NCBI RefSeq assembly: GCF_000015145.1
Contig: NC_008818.1
Span: forward strand, 1,470,001-1,502,000
Origin: Hyperthermus butylicus DSM 5456
GTDB lineage: Archaea > Thermoproteota > Thermoprotei_A > Sulfolobales > Pyrodictiaceae
Direction of reading: 5' to 3'
Length of the DNA: 32,000 nucleotides
Shown: positions 8,604-16,400 of the stretch, piece by piece
How positions within the stretch are numbered: the stretch's first letter is position 1
Layout: every line of letters begins with the position of its first letter
Notes under the pieces: generated by a model
What the model was told of the DNA's origin: nothing
The model's input: the letters and a program-made list of their open reading frames with translations, nothing else
Database searches by the model: none
Translations under genes and position numbers: made by a program

Positions 8604-9583
8604 ACCCTTACAACGATGTATATCACTTTTTTCTCGGGATCCACACAAAACTCTTGTATAGCTCTCCACAGCGCCTCCGTGCCTAGGTATTCTCCACCAC
8701 CGCTCCTCAAGTAGAGCCCTACCCTGCCACCGAGCCTTACACTGTCAATCCTAACGCTCTCGTCTGCAAGCCTCACCATGTAGCCATCAGTATACCTTGA
8801 GAAATCGAGCTTCCCCAGCGGAGCCTCACCCATCTCAACAAGCTCGCTAGTTGGTAGCTTGGGACTATACTCCAGCGGTATTCTCCCTGACAGCTCCTCG
8901 TCTATCGGTAGCCCCGCCGTTAACAGCCTAGCCATGCACTCGGACACCGAGAATCCCGAAGCAGCTCCAGGAGCCGTAGGGGCAGCCTCGGCATGCTGCC
9001 GAGCCTCTGCAGCCACAGCTGCTGGCTGTGCAGCAGCCGCCACCACCGGCTCAGCAGCCTCGGCTGCCGGGGCGGCAGCTGCCTCGAAGCCTGCCGGCAC
9101 CTCTGCAGGCTGCGCTACAACCTCCCCTGTCTGTACCTCTGCTGCTGGCTGCTGCATAGCCTCTTCACGCAAAGCACCTAGCTCCCTAGCCCTCATCATA
9201 ACATGGTCTACAATCTCGTTGAATACCCCGCGGGCCCTCTCCTCGGATATCATCTCTACAAGCTTACCGGTCACGACGAAGTATATGGTCAGTATGTCGT
9301 TATAACATGAGAACCTTGCCTCGAACGAGAGGTCACCCCTACCAACGAGCCTAAGCATGGAGGAGGTACGATCAACAATCACCTTTGTCTTTGTCTTACC
9401 GCCAAACCTAGCCCTAGGATTGTACACATATGTGACGGTCACGGTGTCTTTCTTAGCCGATATGCCGGCTATTGGTAACAGCTTAGCCATGCTGACAACG
9501 TCGAGCGGCGATATGTTCTCGAGTAGCTTCTCACAGCCCCTAAGGGGCAGCTTCTCTATAAAAGAATGCATTACAGAAGACAC
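8600..9583 (-). CDS. hypothetical two-domain protein with Ala/Pro/Glu/Gln-rich linker
   Basis: 327-aa ORF with native codon usage. It has an N-domain (~135 aa) and a C-domain (~120 aa) joined by a low-complexity linker (QQPAAEVQTGEVVAQPAEVPAGFEAAAAPAAEAAEPVVAAAAQPAAVAAEARQHAEAAPTAPGAA). Its stop shares the CTAG palindrome at 8600-8603 with the convergent M20 gene. Confidence 0.6.
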   Translation of the reverse strand: MSSVMHSFIEKLPLRGCEKLLENISPLDVVSMAKLLPIAGISAKKDTVTVTYVYNPRARFGGKTKTKVIVDRTSSMLRLVGRGDLSFEARFSCYNDILTIYFVVTGKLVEMISEERARGVFNEIVDHVMMRARELGALREEAMQQPAAEVQTGEVVAQPAEVPAGFEAAAAPAAEAAEPVVAAAAQPAAVAAEARQHAEAAPTAPGAASGFSVSECMARLLTAGLPIDEELSGRIPLEYSPKLPTSELVEMGEAPLGKLDFSRYTDGYMVRLADESVRIDSVRLGGRVGLYLRSGGGEYLGTEALWRAIQEFCVDPEKKVIYIVVRV

Positions 9584-9840
9584 GGCAGCTTAGCCCCCCA
9601 GCCCTCCCCTGCACTCCTCCTTTCAGCTCTACATCCGCTTGTCTAAGGTGTAGCATGGGACTACTAATTACATTTACCGCTTATACCCGAGTCTGTAAGG
9701 GCTGCCCTAACTAGAACCCTTTAGAAGAGCGTTACCGCGCCGCCGGATGCTGGGCGCCAACGGGCTCCTACAGCTCTTAAACCCCGTAGGGGGATGGGAG
9801 GGGTGGCTGTTAAAGGCTAGACTGTGCACCCTTACCCAGG

Positions 9841-10332
9841 GTGGAGTTGGCAGGTATGCAGCGGCCAGTAGAGATTGGAACAAGATACCTTGTGCTCATG
9901 CTACTGGCTGAGGGGCCTAAGACCGGGTACGAGCTCATCAAGCAACTTAGGAGCCTATTCGCCAGATATGGTGGCAGAGCTAGCCCAGGCACCGTATACC
10001 CTGTTCTCCGTAGGCTGGAGGAGGAGGGGCTCATACGCTCAAGGCTTGAGCCCTACGGTGCCCGCGTGAGGAAGGTCTACGAGCTTACGGGGGAGGGTCT
10101 ACGAGCCCTCCTCGAGATGATGTCACGCTGGGTTTCGGTTCTGGAGACGGCGCTGCAGCTCCACATACCCGTGTTTCGGCGCGCTGGCAGGGAGGACGGG
10201 GATACGGTAAAGCTTGTGGAGGAGGTCCTGGAGAGGCTTGAGGCCGCCGCTGAGCAGCTAGAGAAGCTGCTAACAGAGGCTAGGCGGGTTCTCCGCCAGG
10301 CAAAGATGGAGGCTACAGCTATACAGTACTAG
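9841..10332 (+). CDS. PadR family transcriptional regulator
   Basis: The wHTH signature YLVLMLLAEGPKTGYELIKQLRSLF...SPGTVYPVLRRLEEEGLIRSRLE...RKVYELTGEG is followed by a C-terminal coiled-coil helix. GTG 9841 lies ~27 nt below TTAAAG (9809-9815), so the mRNA may be leaderless. ATG 9856 is an alternative start. Confidence 0.85.
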   Translation: MELAGMQRPVEIGTRYLVLMLLAEGPKTGYELIKQLRSLFARYGGRASPGTVYPVLRRLEEEGLIRSRLEPYGARVRKVYELTGEGLRALLEMMSRWVSVLETALQLHIPVFRRAGREDGDTVKLVEEVLERLEAAAEQLEKLLTEARRVLRQAKMEATAIQY

Positions 10333-10423
10333 GCCGTCTCAGTACATCTGGAATGCTACTTAGGGCTGTGAGGAGGGCGATTGGGGCCGACCCCCTCTTG
10401 CACTGCAGGGGTGTGGCGAGCCC

Positions 10424-11074
10424 GTGCTCCGTGCCGAGCCCCTCCTCAACGTTATTGGGGCCGGTGGCAGCATCGCGCTAATCCTCGGTGCCAGCTCCCT
10501 GGCAGAGCTTATCGGCGTGGAGCCTGGCTCCCTGGGGCTGTCAGAACTTCACCGGGCAGCTGAGAGGGCTAGGTATGTGAGGCTTCTCGCACAGCTCGCC
10601 GGCAATCAGGTAATATCGAGGATAATCTACTTCGGCGACGACGGAGTGCTTGCCAGGCTTCTCGGCGAAAAAGTGTTAGACGTTTATGGCAGCCGTGGAC
10701 GGATGAAGTGCAGCAGCTGCGGCTACCGCTGGTGGTACATAGTGGACGGCCCAGCCAGATGTCCCCAATGCGGCGGTGAGGGCATTGAGGACTATGTGCC
10801 GTCAGGTGCTGCTCCTAGGCAGAAGCTGCTAGCCGAAGCGGTCTACGAGGCAACAACCGCCGACGCTGTCCTCGTACACGGTATAGGGTCCGAGGCTATA
10901 CCACTACTCCTAGCTCTCATAGCCTCGAAACACACGAGGGTGTACCTCCTCGAGCCGGGCAATGAGATCCTCGAGTCACTAGGCCTCGAACGCATCGGGC
11001 TAACCCTTACCAACGCCCTGGAAGCCATGGCTGAGGCAGCTGCTAGGCCCAGAAAGGATATGGCAAAAAGCTAA
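10424..11074 (+). CDS. sirtuin (Sir2)-fold protein with degenerate catalytic motifs
   Basis: The layout is colinear with archaeal Sir2: GAGGS (aa 12-16, cf. GAGxS), IIYFGDDG (aa 67-74, cf. ITQNxDGL), DVYGS (aa 86-90, cf. ELHG with the catalytic His), a Cys4 zinc ribbon CSSC...CPQC (C96, C99, C113, C116), and ADAVLVHGIGSE (cf. ADLxLVxGTS). The NAD-contacting Q/N and the catalytic H are all replaced. Confidence 0.6.
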   Translation: MLRAEPLLNVIGAGGSIALILGASSLAELIGVEPGSLGLSELHRAAERARYVRLLAQLAGNQVISRIIYFGDDGVLARLLGEKVLDVYGSRGRMKCSSCGYRWWYIVDGPARCPQCGGEGIEDYVPSGAAPRQKLLAEAVYEATTADAVLVHGIGSEAIPLLLALIASKHTRVYLLEPGNEILESLGLERIGLTLTNALEAMAEAAARPRKDMAKS

Positions 11075-11090
11075 TCCAGCCAATACCCGG

Positions 11091-11432
11091 ATGAGTCTAG
11101 GCACCGGCAGCTTTTGCCGCACTCCTGGGAATCTAGGGAGCTGTAGGCCTTTGGAGGTGGGTCTGGTGGTTGTTGATCTGGCTTTCGAGCTATCATACAT
11201 TCTAGGCGATCGTCTCGGAAGGAGTGTAGAGGTTAAGAGTTACAGCTTCGACCCAGAGAAGGGGCTGCTCTGCATCGAGACGGAAGTTGAGGGCGTGGGG
11301 CTCCGCCAGGCGTGCGTCGAGGTTAAGGCCTGCAAGGGGCTCAGCAATGAGGCTAAATGGGTGCGCTGCGTGTCTAAGACGCTGATGCAGAGCGAGAAGT
11401 ACCTGGACGAGCTTGCCAGGCAGCTAGCCTAG
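11091..11432 (+). CDS. hypothetical protein
   Basis: 113-aa ORF. A start at the internal GTG (…EVGLVVVDLAFEL…) is also possible. No family recognised. Confidence 0.4.
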   Translation: MSLGTGSFCRTPGNLGSCRPLEVGLVVVDLAFELSYILGDRLGRSVEVKSYSFDPEKGLLCIETEVEGVGLRQACVEVKACKGLSNEAKWVRCVSKTLMQSEKYLDELARQLA

Positions 11433-11503
11433 GACTACGTGGCGGGACAGCCTCTCTGGCCAGGAGCTGGCCACAGGAACGGAGCTGTACCTACTAGGAC
11501 TAG

Positions 11504-11548
11504 ACACCCCAGACTATAGACCTGGAGAGCAGCCAACGTCTGGGGTGT
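11504..11548. repeat. 11-bp perfect inverted repeat ACACCCCAGAC-N23-GTCTGGGGTGT
   Basis: Arms at 11504-11514 and 11538-11548 are exact reverse complements. The spacer contains a TATA-like CTATAGA. The 3' arm ends one nucleotide before ATG 11550. Confidence 0.9.
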
Positions 11549-11549
11549 A

Positions 11550-12048
11550 ATGGCCGAAGAGCATGTCCAGACGGGTAATGGGGGCTCAGAGGTAGAGGAA
11601 ATACGGGAGGCCGTGAAGGGGGCTGTGCAGATAATTAGGGAGATAAAGGAGGGCCTCCTAGCCTCCATGAGAGATTGCCAACCTGCTTGACGGCTCTAAG
11701 CTTGGCGAGGACGTGGGCAACTTATACAGGAAACTGATTGAGAGCGGGCTACCCGAGGACATGGCGAGGCAGATGACAGAGAAGTATTTCGAGACGAAAC
11801 TGAATGCAATACCAAACATATCAAGCATCATAAACGCCATAGCCAAGGATATCAGTGGGAAATCCGGGCCAAAGATCTTTATTGGGGGAGGCTCTTCCCC
11901 CGAGGCTGCTGCACGCCAGCTCGAAAAGCTTGCCGAGACGCTAGATGATGAGGAGAAGAAGGAGAAGCTGCTTAGTGCAGCTAGGATGCTGATGGCAATG
12001 AGTGCAACAGAAGAACAAGAAGAGAAGGAGAAGGAAGAAGAGGATTAA
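11550..12048 (+). pseudogene. hypothetical acidic-tailed protein split by a +1 frameshift (or two small ORFs)
   Basis: A 46-codon ORF (11550-11690, MAEEHVQTGNGGSEVEEIREAVKGAVQIIREIKEGLLASMRDCQPA*) overlaps the open frame of ORF 11713..12048, which is already open from 11671 (EIANLLDGSKLGEDVGNLYRKLIESGLPEDM...). Skipping one base near 11673 gives one continuous ~165-aa helical protein ending in EEQEEKEKEEED. Confidence 0.45.
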
Positions 12049-12089
12049 CCCAGCTGTCTGCGCTAAGGGTTCCTGCTTGTAACGGCCTC

Positions 12090-12094
12090 TTTTT
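12090..12094 (+). terminator. oligo-T run downstream of 11713..12048
   Basis: cTTTTTa lies ~40 nt after the stop. Archaeal termination commonly uses short T-runs. Weak evidence. Confidence 0.3.
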
Positions 12095-12112
12095 ACACCA
12101 CTTTGACCTGTT

Positions 12113-12367
12113 TTGGCTCGTTGCTGCCTACGTGGGGTTCGGCGCTTGGCTGATGTTGAGGAGAGGCTGGAAAGGATTGAGCGGGAGCTGGAGAGGATTA
12201 GGAGGCAGCTGGAGAGGCTCGAGGCGTTACTCTCGTCGTTTAGTAGTGTTGCTGGGGAGGCTGTGAGGCTTGCCGCTGCCCTATCGCTCTCTGTGGAGGA
12301 GGCTGTACGGGCCACGGAGAGGCTTGTGGCCAAGCTTAGGAGGCTTGGGGGCGGCCCGATCCGATAA
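12113..12367 (+). CDS. small coiled-coil protein
   Basis: Heptad-rich sequence (ADVEERLERIERELERIRRQLERLEALL). TTG 12146 is a possible alternative start. The gene ends 2 nt before the next gene. Confidence 0.45.
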   Translation: MARCCLRGVRRLADVEERLERIERELERIRRQLERLEALLSSFSSVAGEAVRLAAALSLSVEEAVRATERLVAKLRRLGGGPIR

Positions 12368-12369
12368 CT

Positions 12370-12570
12370 ATGGCTGTGCTGGAGGCGCTAGCGGGCTGCG
12401 AGGCTCTCAGCGTCTCGGAGATAACGCGGCGTGTCAAGGCTCTTAGGGGCTCTGCAAGCCGCACAACCATACGGTCCAGGCTAGCTGCTCTTGTCGAGGC
12501 GGGTGTTGTGGAGAGGCTGGGGAATGGAGTCACGGCTAGGTATAGGTTGAGGAGCTGTGGCAAGGACTAG
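12370..12570 (+). CDS. small winged-helix DNA-binding protein
   Basis: 66 aa. LSVSEITRRVKALRGSASRTTIRSRLAALVEAGVVERLGNGVTARYRL follows the helix-turn-helix plus beta-wing pattern of MarR/ArsR-like wHTH proteins. Confidence 0.6.
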   Translation: MAVLEALAGCEALSVSEITRRVKALRGSASRTTIRSRLAALVEAGVVERLGNGVTARYRLRSCGKD

Positions 12571-12574
12571 GTAT

Positions 12575-12730
12575 GTGCTAAAACTATTGGCTGTGCTTGC
12601 CTACCACCTGGCCCTCCTTGCAGCTGCTGTGCTGGCTGCTGTTTCACGCTTCTGCATTAAGGATGTCCGGCTGCGGGTCTGGCGGAGGCTTAGCATCTGG
12701 GGTTCAAGCGTAAACTACACCGCAATGTAG
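12575..12730 (+). CDS. possible small membrane protein (51 aa)
   Basis: GTG-initiated ORF below the track cutoff. It has one hydrophobic helix (LKLLAVLAYHLALLAAAVLAAV) followed by a basic tail. No other support. Confidence 0.25.
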   Translation: MLKLLAVLAYHLALLAAAVLAAVSRFCIKDVRLRVWRRLSIWGSSVNYTAM

Positions 12731-12819
12731 TGCCGAAGGAACTTGCTGAGAGATTCGTTGGGGCTTACCAGCGCAGGCTGCGTGAAGTGGAGAGCCCTCT
12801 GAAGCTCGTGCGAGAGTTG

Positions 12820-13332
12820 TTACGGAGTATTAAGTGGTAATGGCTTGGCCCGTGCTGGGTGCCCTGTCCTCCTCTTCCTCTTCCTGAGGAGCCACTCGCT
12901 ATACCTCTTGGCAGCCTCGGGGAGCCATGCTAGAAGGTCTGCACGCCCCCTCTCGTAGAGTAGTACTGCTGCTGCTAGGCGGTGGACGCATAGCGGCGCA
13001 CCGGCGAGCCTCGTTAGTGGACACTGGCACGTTGCATCCTCCCGTGTGATCTTTACGGTGTAGACTTGCTGGTCTTCCGGTAGCCTGCCCACGCTGATGT
13101 CTACGTGGCGTGGCTGCCGCCCCTCAACTATGTCTAGGAGGTCCCAGTGGGTGGCACTGTGCACCGGGTTCTGCTGGTGGAGCCTCTGGCTCGGCACCAG
13201 CACCACTGCCTCGTCCTCGGCGAGCCTCGCCATGGTTGCTTTCTGGGCTAGCCTTAGCGCCCGCCTCGCCAGATCCTCTGGCACGCCCTGGCTCCTCAGC
13301 CACTTGTACACCTCTACACCTCCTAACACCAT
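12820..13332 (-). CDS. SWIM zinc-finger protein
   Basis: The C-terminal half carries the SWIM signature CxCx10CxH (YTVKITREDATCQCPLTRLAGAPLCVHRLAAAVLL) and a basic tail (LLRKRKRR). The track ORF (to 13812) overlaps the opposing NTPase gene. ATG 13332 is preceded by GGGGGTG and lies below a TATA-like CTCTATAT at ~13403-13410. ATG 13404 is an alternative start. Confidence 0.8.
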   Translation of the reverse strand: MVLGGVEVYKWLRSQGVPEDLARRALRLAQKATMARLAEDEAVVLVPSQRLHQQNPVHSATHWDLLDIVEGRQPRHVDISVGRLPEDQQVYTVKITREDATCQCPLTRLAGAPLCVHRLAAAVLLYERGRADLLAWLPEAAKRYSEWLLRKRKRRTGHPARAKPLPLNTP

Positions 13333-13482
13333 TTCAGCACCCCCGTTAACTGGTATTACCAGTTCCACCCTTATAACCCATTGCTGGCCTTGACGGAGTT
13401 GCATATAGAGACTACATTCTATTCCGATGATACCCGGGTAGCACTGGTACCCCGCACGGACCACATGGGTGTCGCTGTATGA

Positions 13483-16400
13483 GTGATACCGCACACGAGT
13501 ATGCTGGGGCTCCACGCTATGCCCGTAGCTGCTAGATGCGGGCCGGCACCGAGGAGGCTGCCGAGCCTCACTGGGACCGACGCAGCCAGGCTCGACGAGT
13601 ACCTGCCACCACTGCCTAGCAGGGTTAGGGTGTACCAGCAGGTCCAAGAGGCTCTCAACGAGATGGAGCGTAGCAGCGACCCGGTAATAGTGATGCTTGT
13701 TGCTGAGTGGGGTGAGGGGAAGACAAGCATCTACAATGCCAGGATAAGGCCGTGGCTGGAGTCCAGGGGCTGGGCTAGCCTCGAGGCAAGAGCTGCAACT
13801 GTGATGGAGCATCTCCGCTCCCTGGATGGGAGGCCCGAGAAGAGCCCAGCCTACCGGCTCCTAGCCGCGATCCTCGCTGCCGGCCTCGAGCAGGCCGGGC
13901 TACTGGCGAAGTACGGTGTGCCAGGTGCCGCGGGCAGCCTCCGCAGCTACGTCGAGAACGTGCTCAGAGAGCTGACCAGTGGCGGGGGCAGGCTCGTAGT
14001 ATTCATAGACGAGCTTGAGGACCTCGTGGCGGGGGCTAGCGAGGAGCAGCTAGCCGATCTCGTAGCCGGGCTTGTGGGGATCCTCAATGGCGACGTTGAG
14101 ATAGTGTCTGCCCGCTGTAGCGGAGAGGGCTGCATGCCAGGCTCGCTCCACCTTATCGTCAGCCTTACGCCGCCAGCCTATAGCAGGCTCATGGGGCTGA
14201 GGGACTTCTCCACCATAGCGTCTAGGTTGAAGAGGAGGGTTCGCACCATCTGGATACAGCCCCTCCCACGCCGCGAGGCCTTCGCGTTCCTCGAGAGTCT
14301 CGCCCGCTACAGCCTAGGCGCAGGCCTAGACTCCATCCTGGAGTCCCCATCAATGGCTAACGCTGTTGTCTCAGGCACGCTCGGCAACATGGGTGCGCTC
14401 GTCTCAGCCTTCCGCTACCTTGTGTCCTGGGCTAGGGGCCGTGGCGGCTGCGGCGACCGGGTAGCAGTGCTAGGTGCCTCCGAGCTTGTCGAGGCCCTGC
14501 AGGGCCTCACACTGAGTGTCGGCGGCGCTGAGCTGCCAGCCCTCAACCCCGAGGCCTATACGAGGCTCATGGATGGCTGGGAGGCACGCTCAAAGCTAGC
14601 AGGCTTCGAGCCCGCAGCCGCACGCCGGGTCCTCGACGAACTCGTGGTTAGGGGCCTCGTGGAGGCCGAGGAGCTAGCCCAGGTGACCGGGCTCGAAGAC
14701 TCCGTAGGAGATGTCATTGCCGAGCTGAACATCTACGGGGAGTCCGGCTGGCCCCGCCGCGAGCTAGGCGTAACGAGGATGGTCCATAAGGTGCTGGCTG
14801 TAGCTGCTGTCGAGGACGCCTTCAAGCTGCTACGAGCGGTGGAGCCGGAGGCTGTGAAGAGGCTACCCCAGCTAGCCCCTAGGGACGACTTTAGGCCCCT
14901 TGAAGCTCTCCTAGACAGCCTCGTCTACATGGACTCTAATGGCAGGCTCGTAGTGGCAGTCCCCGAGTCTAGGGAGGAGAGCGTCGAGCTAGTCCAGGAC
15001 ACGGCGCCCCTGGAGCTGAGCCGGAGCGAGGCTGAGAGGCTAGCAGGGCTCCTATGGGACAATGTGTTCTCGAAGCTAGCCGCTACGGGTGGCGCACGGG
15101 CCTACCTGCTATCGCCCAGACTGCAGCGTGTACTCTACGTCAGCCCCGAGCTTCACTACCTAGACTTCATATCCGATCGCGTGGAGAGGCTACACCTCCT
15201 ACGCCGCGTATACAGCGAGGCAAACCGCTCACACCTCGTGGCTGGCCTCGCAGCAGTACTCGCTGGTACAGGGCTTCTGAATGAGCCCCTAACAGCTGCT
15301 GGCGAGGGGCTGGCGAGGGGTGAGGTAAGGCTCCACGGTGCACACGTAAGGATACTGGTCTACGCTGTGCCAGGCCAGGTTACCAGCAGCGAAGCCGAGA
15401 GACTGGAGAAGAGGCTTATGGGCATAGTTATGAGCGGGTGGAGGCCCCACGCAGTACTACTAGCATACCATGGCCCCGTGGAGCCCAGGGCTGAGGACCA
15501 GCTAGAAGCACTGGAGAGGAAGCTCTTCATAAAGATTGTGAGGCTCCCCATAGCCTCGATGGTGTCTAAGGTTCAGCTGCTAGTGCTCGGAGCCAAGCTA
15601 GCCGATGCTGCAGGAGGCCTCGACGGCGCCCTGCGCGAAGCCAGCACAGCTGCGAGAGACATGTCAAGGGCTAGGGAGCTAGGTTTCGACCCGCTGCGCC
15701 TGCAGAGCCTCCTGCGGGAGCTCGCTGGGGAGCTGCGGCCTGGCGAGAGGCTAGAGAAGGCGCTAGAGGAGGGTATAGCTGGCACCCCGCTGATAATCTT
15801 CGACCCCAAGCTTGGCTACGATGTCGAGAAGCCAACCGAGCTAAGCGGGGCGCTGCGCTACTTCCTAACAGTGCCCGCAACCAGGGCCGCCGCACAGGAG
15901 GCGCTGAGGACAGCCTACGAGTACGTTATGAGGTACCACATCCACCGCTGGGGCGGCGAGGCGGCAAGGGGCCTACTGAGCCCCGACATCGAGCGGGGCG
16001 AGGTTGGAACACTGGAGAAGTACATGCTACTACTAGCCGCCAACAAGATGGTGGAGAAGAACAATGGTACCGTACGCATCGACGTGCTGAGCCCCGCTGA
16101 GAAGGCAGTGCTAACAGCTCTGGAGCAGGCAGGGGCTCGCAGCGAGGAGGGCATCCCTGCTGGTGCTGCATGGAGCCTCCTCGTGGTGGCTGCGAGGAAC
16201 CCTGGCACCAAGAGGATGCTGCTACAGTCCCTGCTCTACCGCGGCCTCATAGAGGTAGTGGGTGGAGGCAAGAGGATAGACCCTGACCGGGCTAGGATCC
16301 GGCTAGTAGACTCCGACGAGGACATAGCCCGGCTAGTAGAGAGGGCTACGGCTCTACTCGATAGGCTAGCCTCGGACCCCGAGGCCCTGGCCTGGGGCTA

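Noticed and set aside
8859-9305. Ala/Ser-rich plus-strand ORFs (8859..9305, 8993..9181)
   Set aside because: They are antisense to the Ala/Pro-rich linker of the 327-aa gene. GCN-repeat DNA stays open on both strands.
10424-11074. Reading the Sir2-like gene as a defence-type SIR2 NADase effector
   Set aside because: It is small and has the housekeeping sirtuin layout including the zinc ribbon. It lacks the catalytic residues. It has no partner sensor or effector genes (no pAgo, HerA, TIR, STAND or similar adjacent).
13333-13812. Long N-terminal extension of the SWIM ORF (track 12820..13812) and ORF 13419..13730
   Set aside because: The extension overlaps the 5' end of the opposing 1486-aa gene and crosses the shared TATA-like element. 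Its translation is Pro/Ser/His-rich and non-native looking. ATG 13332 has an SD-like GGGGGTG.
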